Shown here piece by piece: positions 20,146 to 29,187 of a DNA stretch of 54,554 bases; position 1 is the first letter of the stretch; every line of letters begins with the position of its first letter. The translations under genes and the position numbers were made by a program. This stretch comes from an uncultured Verrucomicrobiales bacterium (lineage in GTDB: Bacteria > Verrucomicrobiota > Verrucomicrobiia > Verrucomicrobiales > DEV007), in NCBI GenBank assembly GCA_938091905.1, contig CALKOM010000061.1, forward strand, positions 1 through 54,554, in the 5' to 3' direction. The notes below the pieces were generated by a model. The model was not told the origin of the DNA and did not search any database. It saw nothing but the letters and a program-made list of their open reading frames with translations.

Positions 20146-21414
20146 ATGGCTCTGAAAGATTCAGCCATTCCCGGACTTCTTTCTTCACCCACCACAGCCC
20201 CCGGCTTGACGGCCTACTCGGGACGTCACACCCTCGGCCAGATGAAAGAGCTTCATTCGGTCGACGAGATCCTCAAACACCTTCAGGAAACCGCACACCT
20301 CGAAAGCGTTGTTTTTCAAGGCGTATCTCTAACGGAAATAGAGAGTCAATTGAGCAACGTCACGTTGGATAAAAGCATCTTTCTCGGATGCGCCATGACG
20401 CCTGCTTTCGCGCTCGACGTCCAGCGACGCGGTGGCATCGTCTTTCCCCATCTTAAGGATCGACCCTACCACGCCTTTCGTCCGCATCTCTACACGCCGG
20501 AAGAACTCTTCGCTGGCTTTGATCGGCACGACCCGTGCACCTACTGTCAGACGCCCGACGCCACCATTCACCTGCATTGGCAAGAAACCGGACAAGTCGC
20601 CCCCAAACACGTGCTCGATGGTATCCTTCGACGCGCGCACGACCAGTCGATCACCGATGCTCTCACAGAATACCTGGAGTCGATCAATCGGAAGGTCGTT
20701 GCCATCATGGGCGGCCATTCCATGCTCCGTACCGACCCGCGCTACCGTGAAGTCGCTCAGATTGCACGCTCACTCACACAGAAAGGTTACTTGTTAGTCA
20801 GTGGCGGTGGCCCCGGCGCCATGGAAGCGACCCATTTAGGCGCCTGGTTTGCAGAACGGCCCAACAGCGACCTCGAGGACGCTCTCAGTATCCTCGCCAA
20901 AGCTCCAAGCTACCGTGATCTTGAGTGGCTCACCTCTGCCTTCGAAGTCCGCGAACGCTATCCATGGACCAGCGAAGCCTGTGATAGTCTCGGCATCCCC
21001 ACCTGGCTCTACGGTCACGAACCCCCAACACCCTTTGCCACCCATATTGCCAAATACTTCGCCAACAGCTTGCGCGAAGAAGGCCTCATCACCATCGCCG
21101 TCCACGGCATCATCTTCTCGCCTGGCAGCGCTGGCACGATCCAGGAGATCTTCCAAGACGTCACCCAGAATCACTACGCCACCTTAGGAATCGTTAGTCC
21201 CATGGTCTTTCTCGACAAGATCTTCTGGACCGAAACAAAGCCCATTTACCCACTTCTGCAAAGCCTGGCAGAAGGCCATCTCTATGGCAAGCTTCTCGGA
21301 CTAGCAGACACCGTAGAAGAAACGATCCACCTCATTGAGACACTCCCACCCGAGAAGCCAGAGCAATCCCCCAACTGGCACTTCTGTCGAGCCCACTGTG
21401 GGATGAGAGACTGA
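20146..21414 (+). CDS. LOG-family (Rossmann-fold nucleotide-binding) protein, long form
   Basis: IMGGHS, SGGGPGAMEA, PTWLYGHEP, KYFANSLREEGL, PGSAGTIQEIFQD. Confidence 0.85.
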   Translation: MALKDSAIPGLLSSPTTAPGLTAYSGRHTLGQMKELHSVDEILKHLQETAHLESVVFQGVSLTEIESQLSNVTLDKSIFLGCAMTPAFALDVQRRGGIVFPHLKDRPYHAFRPHLYTPEELFAGFDRHDPCTYCQTPDATIHLHWQETGQVAPKHVLDGILRRAHDQSITDALTEYLESINRKVVAIMGGHSMLRTDPRYREVAQIARSLTQKGYLLVSGGGPGAMEATHLGAWFAERPNSDLEDALSILAKAPSYRDLEWLTSAFEVRERYPWTSEACDSLGIPTWLYGHEPPTPFATHIAKYFANSLREEGLITIAVHGIIFSPGSAGTIQEIFQDVTQNHYATLGIVSPMVFLDKIFWTETKPIYPLLQSLAEGHLYGKLLGLADTVEETIHLIETLPPEKPEQSPNWHFCRAHCGMRD

Positions 21415-21532
21415 CGTAAGACGGTTTGGCGTAAAGGGACACCCCATCACCAAAAGTCTATCACGGTAACCACCACCTGATTGACTCTCGCTGCTTGAAT
21501 CAACAACGCTCAGTAATTAGATCCTCTTCACC

Positions 21533-21985
21533 ATGACATTAGCAACTTTGGGAAGCCTTCTGATAATAAGACCACTTCGCTTGGTAATGTTTGGCCTGTT
21601 AATCGCACAGTCCTTCGCGTTGGGGCAACGGGTCTGCCCAGACCGGGACTATATTTCCGTGAGGAGCTCAATAGTGAAAATTCCTGGAAACCCGAGAACG
21701 ATCATTTCCGGAGGCAAGGTGAGTATCGCCGACGGTATGCTTTCTTGGGTAGAGCGCGAAGATCGAAACCTCTTGTTTCGATTCGATAAGGACGCCAATC
21801 AGTGGCGACCGGAGAATCTAGCGGACATTGCTAAGAAGTCGGGGGAAGAGGAACCCTTGCCCAGCGTTGAACTGACTTACGCCGGAATGGCAGAAAATCA
21901 AAACCTGCACGTCTTTCGTCTCACCGTATCGCCTGGAGAAGGCAAGGTGGACACCAGCCACCTCTACTTGCGAAAAGCCGATTAG
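21533..21985 (+). CDS. Hypothetical exported protein
   Basis: 150-aa ORF with N-terminal hydrophobic segment; fills the gap between two + strand genes. Confidence 0.55.
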   Translation: MTLATLGSLLIIRPLRLVMFGLLIAQSFALGQRVCPDRDYISVRSSIVKIPGNPRTIISGGKVSIADGMLSWVEREDRNLLFRFDKDANQWRPENLADIAKKSGEEEPLPSVELTYAGMAENQNLHVFRLTVSPGEGKVDTSHLYLRKAD

Positions 21986-22054
21986 CACGGGCTCAGGAGC
22001 TGCAGGTAAAAGTTGACGCTTAGAATCCGGTCGACAGCCCGGCACCTCGCCGCG

Positions 22055-24094
22055 ATGATGCCGTTCTTTATGAACGGAGAGCGCCCATCGATTACTGACC
22101 TCCTGGGAGCTGAAGCCAATGGCGAGGAGGGATGCTCGCGCCTGACCGATCGCATGCAGGCGTTCTTCGCCGCGGATGGGCCGATGTCGGATGGCGAGGG
22201 GTTTGAGTATCGCCCCCAGCAGCAGGAAATGGCCGTTGCCGTGGCGGAAGCGTTGGCCACGAGCCGGCCTTTGATGGTCGAAGCCGGGACCGGCGTAGGG
22301 AAATCGTTAGCGTATTTGATCCCGGCGCTCTTGCATGCGGCCAAGCACAACAAGAAGGCGATCGTCTCGACCCACACGATCAATCTTCAAGAGCAGCTCA
22401 TTCTCAAAGACATTCCGTTGGCGATGGATGTGCTAGGTCTCGATCTGAAGGCCGTCCTCTACAAAGGCCGGGGGAATTATCTTTGCCCTCTGCGGCTGCA
22501 AGCAGCCATGAGCCAGACGCGCGAACTCTTCTCAAGTAGTGAAGATCAGGAGTTGCAGGCTATCTGGGAATGGAGTCAGACAACAAAAGATGGGTCGTTG
22601 AGCGATCTCACGTTCTCGCCTAATCCCAAGGTGTGGGCTCAGGTGCGGAGTGAGCCTCACGTTTGCACCAAGCGTCGCTGTAAGGACACGCCTTGTTACT
22701 ACCAAGCACTTCGCAAACGCGTGGACGAGGCCCATGTCGTGGTCATGAACCATACGTTGTTCTTCACCTTGTTAGGAGCAATTGATGAGATGGAGGACCC
22801 GAACATGGAGGGCTTCCTCTTTCCCAATGACTTCGTCGTCTTTGACGAGGCCCACACGTTGGAAAATGTCGCCGCGAAACAGTTAGGGCTGAATCTTTCG
22901 TATTCGAATGCGGCCTTCGACTTGCATCGCCTTTACAATCCGAAGACACGGAAAGGGATTTTTCAATCGCTCCGCGATCCCACCGGCGCCCAAGCCGTGG
23001 CCGATCTAAGCGAAGAAATGGAGTTCTTTTTTAATGAGATCGAGAACTCCTGCCGATTCCAAGGCGAACATCGTGTCCATCGTGTACGCGATGCGGGACT
23101 CACGGAGGACACCCTTGCGAGTTCCATCATCGGTGTCGAGAAACTCATCGGCCAACGGAGCGATGACCTTGACGACGAGAACAAGAAACTCGAACTCGAA
23201 GACCTGGGACGTCGCTTACAAGAACTTCGCCTGAACATCCGTGGCTTCCTTGATCAGGAATGGAACAACCACGTCTATTGGGTGGAACGCGTGGGGCAAT
23301 CGGCCAATGTCACCCTCAATGCGGCCCCATTAAACATCGCCGAACGTTTCCGCGACATCTTCTTCAGTAGCAACAAGCCTGTAATTCTCACCAGCGCGAC
23401 GTTAGGCACCGGCGAGAAAGGTCTCAGTTATTTCAGTTCGCGCATCGGCGCTGAAAAAGTCCGGGCCGAACAAATCGGTAGTCCCTTCAACTACATGAAG
23501 CAGATGCGACTCTACGTCGCCAAGACCATGCCCGAGCCGAATGATATTGATTTTGAAGAAGCGTTAGAAAAACAGATTCAGCACTTCGTCACCCAGAGTT
23601 CCGGGCGTGCGTTCGTCCTTTTTACCAGCTACCGCCTGATGCAACGCATCGCCGGCCGCATGACTCCTTTCTTCTCAGGACAAGGTTGGCCCCTGCTCGT
23701 CCAGGGTTCAGGGAAACCACGCGCCACGCTTGTCGAGATGTTTAAGAAAGACATCGGCAGCGTGCTCTTCGGTACAGACAGCTTCTGGACAGGCGTCGAT
23801 GTACCCGGCGAAGCTCTCTCTAACGTCATCGTCACGCGATTGCCATTCGCCGTCCCAGATCATCCATTAGTCGAATCGCGGCTTGAACAGATCCGCGAAC
23901 GTAACGGCAATCCCTTCATGGAGTACTCCGTGCCTGAAGCCGTGCTCAAACTCAGGCAAGGCATCGGTCGTCTCATCCGCTCGGAGAAGGATCGCGGCAT
24001 CGCCGTCATCCTCGACAACCGCGTGCTGACAAGGAGGTATGGTAAGATCTTCCTGCAAGCCCTGCCGCAAACGCGGCTGGTCGTGGTGGAGTGA
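22055..24094 (+). CDS. ATP-dependent DinG/YoaA-family DNA helicase
   Basis: YRPQQ, EAGTGVGKS, KGRGNYLC, Fe-S cysteines, DEAH, TSATL, LFTSY, GVDVPG, QGIGRLIR. Confidence 0.92.
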   Translation: MMPFFMNGERPSITDLLGAEANGEEGCSRLTDRMQAFFAADGPMSDGEGFEYRPQQQEMAVAVAEALATSRPLMVEAGTGVGKSLAYLIPALLHAAKHNKKAIVSTHTINLQEQLILKDIPLAMDVLGLDLKAVLYKGRGNYLCPLRLQAAMSQTRELFSSSEDQELQAIWEWSQTTKDGSLSDLTFSPNPKVWAQVRSEPHVCTKRRCKDTPCYYQALRKRVDEAHVVVMNHTLFFTLLGAIDEMEDPNMEGFLFPNDFVVFDEAHTLENVAAKQLGLNLSYSNAAFDLHRLYNPKTRKGIFQSLRDPTGAQAVADLSEEMEFFFNEIENSCRFQGEHRVHRVRDAGLTEDTLASSIIGVEKLIGQRSDDLDDENKKLELEDLGRRLQELRLNIRGFLDQEWNNHVYWVERVGQSANVTLNAAPLNIAERFRDIFFSSNKPVILTSATLGTGEKGLSYFSSRIGAEKVRAEQIGSPFNYMKQMRLYVAKTMPEPNDIDFEEALEKQIQHFVTQSSGRAFVLFTSYRLMQRIAGRMTPFFSGQGWPLLVQGSGKPRATLVEMFKKDIGSVLFGTDSFWTGVDVPGEALSNVIVTRLPFAVPDHPLVESRLEQIRERNGNPFMEYSVPEAVLKLRQGIGRLIRSEKDRGIAVILDNRVLTRRYGKIFLQALPQTRLVVVE

Positions 24095-24101
24095 TCCCTC
24101 A

Positions 24102-24496
24102 ATGCCCATATAATTCCTATTTCAACGCGCCCATCTGTCATCCCTTATCTCATCATGGAGTAAGCCGAACAAGTGAACGGCTTCTGCCAGCAAGCCTTTT
24201 AGGCCGAGTTGTTTGGCAAACTCATGCATGCTGAGCTGGCGTTCGGAGATTGCCACGTGATGCTCGGCACTCCGATGGGAGAATTTGGACCGTCTCCCGG
24301 TATAGTCTTTGTCACTGTCGATGACTGCTATGCAGCCTACCACCGTTCTCTTGATGCCGGCGCGACCGTTCTCATGGAAATGACGACAATCAAAAACGCT
24401 GCCGAACGCTACGGTGGCGTGATCAACAAACACGGAAACTCATGATTGATTGCTAACCAACAGAAAAAGTGGGTTGGGAACAGCAACAACAGGTAA
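24102..24496 (+). pseudogene. VOC/PhnB-like glyoxalase, disrupted
   Basis: SVIPYLIME* (TAA 24161) AEQVNGFCQQAF ... GKLMHAELAFGD ... ERYGGVINKHGNS* (TGA 24443, at the conserved Trp position). Confidence 0.75.
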
Positions 24497-24527
24497 TCGA
24501 TAGCCTGGAGGTTCAAGAACCGGGCTA

Positions 24528-24937
24528 ATGAATCGTCCACCACACCCAAGCGACACGAACGCTCTAGCACATCAGATCTAGCTATCCACGATTCATCTGT
24601 TTCATTGTATGCGCCGCTAGGATGATGGACTAGGACTGAGCGCCTCTCTGTTATCTGCATTTTCAACTCTCGCCTCCAAAGATCCGAAAACTCGCAGCCG
24701 CAGAAGGCGTGCGCCCAACCAGCATGACGCGAATGGTACGACGGCTCGAAGATCTGAAGTTGGCTAGGCGCAAGACTTTCCCAAGTGATGGCGGCGTGGC
24801 CCACGTCGTTTACACCTCAGGAACGATCCGCATACTCGAGAAAGGAAAAGCCCAACGCGTACGAGTTGAAGCCCGCAGATCTTAAGGCCTTGCATCGCGG
24901 ATCCAAATTGCTGACCCAGTTCTCGACGAGAGACTAG
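24528..24937 (+). pseudogene. MarR-family transcriptional regulator, disrupted
   Basis: Fragments IHLFHCMRR*DDGLGLSASLLSAFSTL, then frameshifted LAAAEGVRPTSMTRMVRRLEDLKLARRKTFPSDG (winged HTH); several stops and shifts. Confidence 0.7.
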
Positions 24938-24938
24938 G

Positions 24939-25401
24939 ATGACAGATCGCCATTCACTCCCCTGGCATCGAGCGCGAGTCATTCTAAGACGCCTGTTAGC
25001 TGCGGACTTGGATGCCTTTCAGGCCTACCGGCACGATGAGGAAGTCGGACGTTACCAAGGCTGCGAGCCCTGGTCGGCCACCAAAGCTCTGACATTCCTA
25101 GAAGCAATGAGCACTGTTGATCTTCTCGATCCGGGAACTTGGTGCAAGATTGGCATCGCTACTCGCAACCGAAGCCATTCGACTGGCGACTGACCTCTTA
25201 TTTGAGGAAACCGCAGTCGATCAGATCGTTTGCATTACTGATGCGCGCAATCTTGCTGCCAATGGACTCTTGCGACACATGCGAATGGACCATGTTCGCA
25301 CAGAGGACGCCCTCTTTCGAGGCGAGCCTTTCCAGGAACACGTCTTCTGGCTTTCTAGAGAGACTCATTTATCCCATCATAAAAGCAAACGTTCCACGTA
25401 A
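24939..25401 (+). pseudogene. RimJ/RimL-type GNAT acetyltransferase, internal deletion/frameshift
   Basis: LRRLLAADLDAFQAYRHDEEVGRYQG in one frame; ATEAI...ITDARNLAANGLL...FRGEPFQEHVF in another. The acetyl-CoA-binding motif is missing. Confidence 0.75.
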
Positions 25402-25840
25402 TGGAATTTAGTGAGATCAATGAATCCGAACTCGAAAACTTGCTAGGGCTGTACGAGCAGCTCCACGAGTCCGACTTGCCGCGTCCAGAGCCGTCTAAGA
25501 TACAGCGCATCTGGGCCAATATTCAGGACAGCAAAGAGCATCTCTACTTCGGTGCTTACGTCGATCGATCTCTCGTATCGACGTGTCCGCTTAGCTTAAT
25601 CCCCAACCTCACGCGGGGATGCCGGCCTTACGGCGTAATCGAGAATGTCGTGACCGACATGGCATTCCGGCGACGCGGAATCGGAAAGGCAATCTAAAAA
25701 CTCGCCTTGGATGAAGCTTGGAAGCCGGCATGCTATAAAGTAATGCTTCTCACGGGACGGATGAACGAGTCGATTCTACGAGTCCGCGGGATTTGACCCT
25801 CATTCTAAGCAAGCATTCCTTGCAAAGCCACCGACTCCTA
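25401..25840 (+). pseudogene. GNAT N-acetyltransferase, disrupted
   Basis: IPNLTRGCRPYGVIENVVTD..RRRGIGKAI* (TAA 25695), continuing KLALDEAW..CYKVMLLTG and then shifted FYESAGF...KQAF. Confidence 0.8.
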
Positions 25841-25867
25841 ACAACGACCCTCTCGAGATTAAACGCC

Positions 25868-26519
25868 ATGGCCATCGAGAGAGCGTTTGAAGATTGTTCG
25901 ATTGCACTGCTCGACGCAGATTCATCGCGAAGATCTCTTCAACCTGATCGAATCCAACCGCAGTCGCCTTGAGAACCTCTATTCAGCAACGTTTGAGCGC
26001 ACGTTGACACCTCAGGATACCAAAGAATATTGCTAGTTCATTGCGGAACGCATCGCCAAGAAACTCGATTTCCCTTACATGATCAGTGATCATATGACTG
26101 GCGAGTAGGTTAGCCTGGTTGAAATCAAGAGTGTCGCCATGAAGAACGGGTTCGAACTTGAGGGAACCGTTCGAAACGATTGTATGACAACCGACGGGCA
26201 ACTCGTAGATCTAGAGCGATTCTCAGAAGTTTTCAGACATTGAAAAGAAACATTGAGTAAGCATTGGAACTGCGCACTGCGTGCGGCCAGTTTGAGTTCC
26301 GGTCTGTAAAGGGCTGATGCTGCGTTACTTGTCGGTCAAAGGGCTCGCTCTTCTCCCTCCTCGTGCCTTGCCTCAGCCCCTTACAGCCGCGGTTCAATTG
26401 TCAGCCTACTTCTGAGAATCGCTCTAGACTACTACGGGAGAGTGTTCTCAATCTTTAGCTGCAGTTGGAAACTAGCAAAATACAAACACGGGCAGGAAGC
26501 TCGTGCGACCCCAGTCTAA
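25868..26519 (+). pseudogene. RimJ/RimL-type GNAT, disrupted by stops, a deletion and a MITE
   Basis: DLFNLIESNRSRL...*...FPYMI...*..VEIKS|VAMKNGFELEGTVRND..TTDGQLVDL-[MITE]-DYYGRV. Confidence 0.7.
26214..26424. mobile_element. 211-bp MITE with 17-bp terminal inverted repeats and TA target duplication
   Basis: GAGCGATTCTCAGAAGT (26214-26230) ... ACTTCTGAGAATCGCTC (26408-26424), flanked by TA at 26212-13 and 26425-26. Removal restores the reading GQLVDLDYYGRV. Confidence 0.85.
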
Positions 26520-26878
26520 ACTAGACCTTCACGATCGCGCTTGGGGAGTTTGGCGACGACGAGAGCGTAAGAGTGGTCACAAAGTTCGCGCACGAGCTTC
26601 GGCGTTAGAGAGCCATCGAGAACAAGCGTGTTCCAGTGGCGTTTGTTCATGTGATAGCCAGGTACAATGGCATCATGGTCAGCTCGCAGTTCCACCGCAC
26701 GGTCAGGATCGCACTTGAGGTTCGTGCGACCAACTTCCATCCCGTCCTCAATCTCGAACCCGAGCGTGGCGAACATCTTGCCCTTCACTTTGTAAACAAG
26801 GACATCTGGACCGAAGGGCGTCTCTTCAATAACGGCAGGTTTGGCTAAGAGATACTCGCGGAGCTCGTCTGGATTCAC
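26516..26878 (-). CDS. MmcQ/YjbR-family DNA-binding protein
   Basis: ETPFGPDVLVYKVKGKMFA, NLKCDP, PGYHMNKRHWNT. Confidence 0.9.
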   Translation of the reverse strand: MNPDELREYLLAKPAVIEETPFGPDVLVYKVKGKMFATLGFEIEDGMEVGRTNLKCDPDRAVELRADHDAIVPGYHMNKRHWNTLVLDGSLTPKLVRELCDHSYALVVAKLPKRDREGLV

Positions 26879-26914
26879 AAATCTAGCCTAATAAGGCGTT
26901 GTGTGAATCCAAGC

Positions 26915-27175
26915 CTATTGCTTCTCTTGCTCGAGGGCTTCGATGATGGAGTCCACGCTATGGAGCACCTTCTTGGCAACTTCGGCATCACCGACTTTGA
27001 GGCCGAAATGTTTCTCCAAGGCCACGACCACTTGAAGGGCATCGACCGAATCCAGGCCAAGACCTTCTGGGCCAAAGAGGGGGGTGGCGTCCGCAATCTC
27101 CTCCGGTCCATGAGGGAGCATGAGTTCGTCCACGAGCACTTGCTTGAGCTTGGCTTTCGTTTCAGCAATGTCCAT
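26915..27175 (-). CDS. Acyl carrier protein (DarC/aryl-polyene-like subtype)
   Basis: Acidic 86-aa protein with PLFGPEGLGLDSVDALQ (phosphopantetheine Ser). Confidence 0.88.
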   Translation of the reverse strand: MDIAETKAKLKQVLVDELMLPHGPEEIADATPLFGPEGLGLDSVDALQVVVALEKHFGLKVGDAEVAKKVLHSVDSIIEALEQEKQ

Positions 27176-27195
27176 CCGAGGCGAAAGGAAGATTT

Positions 27196-27600
27196 CTAGG
27201 CCACTCCTTGGGCGAACAGGTGTGCAGGCGCTGAATACCAGTTCGGTGGAATACGCCGACGTGCGGCAAACCCCTCGTCATCACGATGATAATGCACGAT
27301 CGCTTCCTCATCGCTCTGCCAGCACAGAAAGATTTCTTGCCCGTTGATCAGTGCCGGAAAGTCGACCAATCCCGTCTGAAACCCGATGTCTTTATAAGAA
27401 CAACCAAGTTTTTCAAGCTCAGCTACGAGGCTTGTAATTTCTGCCATCGCTTTCTGGAATCGTGGCGAAACTCCACGGCCCTCAGTTCCAAGAGAACGGA
27501 GATCATTCCCCTTCTCGAGGATATCTCTAACAATCGCACGAACGAGAGGCAACATGTGGTTGGCCTCGTCGGGAGTGAAATAGCGCATCGCTTTCATCAT
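27196..27600 (-). CDS. DUF2203-family protein
   Basis: YFTPDEANHMLPLVR, GLVDFPA, LCWQSDEEAIVHYH...GFAARR. Confidence 0.85.
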   Translation of the reverse strand: MMKAMRYFTPDEANHMLPLVRAIVRDILEKGNDLRSLGTEGRGVSPRFQKAMAEITSLVAELEKLGCSYKDIGFQTGLVDFPALINGQEIFLCWQSDEEAIVHYHRDDEGFAARRRIPPNWYSAPAHLFAQGVA

Positions 27601-27759
27601 AGTGTTCTGGGAGTGCCGGCAGACTGAGGCACAGACTCCTCCTCGGCAATGAGAAATGCCATTTGAACCCACACGTCTCTCGAATAAGAGAAACTGCGGA
27701 TATGAGCGGTTGAGACCCTTGTGTTTACTAGAGAAATCAGGTTAGAACACAGCCACTGC

Positions 27760-29172
27760 ATGCATTCACTACTCCTTCTACTCATCGGTATGGCTCTGGT
27801 CTTAGGAGGAATCCTCGGACTTCGCTTGCACGCCTTTCTCGCGTTGATCGGTGGTGCCATGGTCATCGCCTTTCTCACCCCTGAGAATTCCCTGAAACGG
27901 TATGTGGAGACGGAAATGTTAAGCAAAGGGCCGGCATCCGAGTTCGACATTCGGCTTGCGCAAGAAGCCATGACCGAGAAGACCCCAGTCAAGCGCGTGG
28001 TCGAGGGCTTTGGCGAAACCTGTGGCAAGGTGGGCATCCTCATCGCCATGGCGTCCGTCATCGGCGCGTGCTTGCTAGAGTCAGGTGCGGCTCAGCGCAT
28101 CGTGCAAGCCATCCTCGCTGCCTTCGGCGTGGCCCGGGCGCATCTTGCCTTTCTGTTCTCAGGGTTCTTGTTAGCGATTCCAGTATTCTTTGACACCGTT
28201 TTCTACTTGCTCATGCCGATTGGGAAAGCCATGCGGCGAAAAACTGGGAAGAATTACCTCCTCTACATCCTCACCATCGTGGCCGGTGGCACGATGGCGC
28301 ATTCGCTTGTGCCGCCTACCCCTGGCCCCCTGTTTGTTGCGGGAGAGTTGGGCGTAGAACTACCTACCATGATGATAGCAGGCTTCATTGTTGGTGCCTT
28401 TGCCGTCACCTTTGGCTACGCGTGGGCCTTTTGGCAGAATAGCCGTCATGAGATCACCTTACCCGACGAACTAGACCTACCCGAAGGCACGATCGAGAAA
28501 GAAGCCAAGCTACCACCTCTTGTATTAGCCTTGTTGCCAGTGATCCTTCCTATCATTTGGTTAGCAGTTGGAAGCATTCTCAAAGTACAAGGAAACGCGG
28601 CTAGCTTCGTTCCTCTCTTGAACGACAAGAACCTCGCGTTGATCGCCGGTGCTGTTCTTGGCTTGTTCATGTTAGGCTTTTACGGACGAGCCGACGCCAC
28701 CTGCCAGCGTAGGAAGATTCATGAGGCCCTCCAATCTGGCGCGGGTATCCTCTTAATCACGGCTGCGGGCGGCGCTTTCGGTGCCGTCCTCCGCCAAACG
28801 GGTATCGGTGCTGACATCGCAGCGATGTTAGGCTCTTCTGCGTCTTGGCTTGCCCTGCCCGTCGTGTTTCTGGTCACCACGATTGTGCGTACGGCACAAG
28901 GATCCGCCACCGTCGCCATGATCACAGCGGCCCCCGTAGCGGCGGCCTTTCTCCCACAAATCATGTTTCATCCGGTTTATTTGGCGCTAGCGATTGGCTG
29001 TGGGTCCAAGCCCATTCCATGGATGAACGACTCCGGTTTCTGGATCATCACCCGTATGAGCGGCATGAAAGAATCGGAAACATTGCGCTTCGTCACGCCG
29101 ATGATGTCGTTGATGGGTCTGGTCGGTCTCGTCGCTACGTTGATTGGCGCTTGGCTTTTTCCCATGGCGTGA
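27760..29172 (+). CDS. GntP-family sugar-acid permease
   Basis: LHAFLAL, IPVFFD, HSLVPPTPGP, GGAFGAVL, AQGSATVA, NDSGFW. Confidence 0.9.
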   Translation: MHSLLLLLIGMALVLGGILGLRLHAFLALIGGAMVIAFLTPENSLKRYVETEMLSKGPASEFDIRLAQEAMTEKTPVKRVVEGFGETCGKVGILIAMASVIGACLLESGAAQRIVQAILAAFGVARAHLAFLFSGFLLAIPVFFDTVFYLLMPIGKAMRRKTGKNYLLYILTIVAGGTMAHSLVPPTPGPLFVAGELGVELPTMMIAGFIVGAFAVTFGYAWAFWQNSRHEITLPDELDLPEGTIEKEAKLPPLVLALLPVILPIIWLAVGSILKVQGNAASFVPLLNDKNLALIAGAVLGLFMLGFYGRADATCQRRKIHEALQSGAGILLITAAGGAFGAVLRQTGIGADIAAMLGSSASWLALPVVFLVTTIVRTAQGSATVAMITAAPVAAAFLPQIMFHPVYLALAIGCGSKPIPWMNDSGFWIITRMSGMKESETLRFVTPMMSLMGLVGLVATLIGAWLFPMA

Positions 29173-29187
29173 TTGATAGAAGCCATC

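Noticed and set aside
22055..24094. DinG as part of a type IV CRISPR or defence system
   Set aside because: No cas genes or array nearby; it looks like the housekeeping Fe-S DinG/YoaA.
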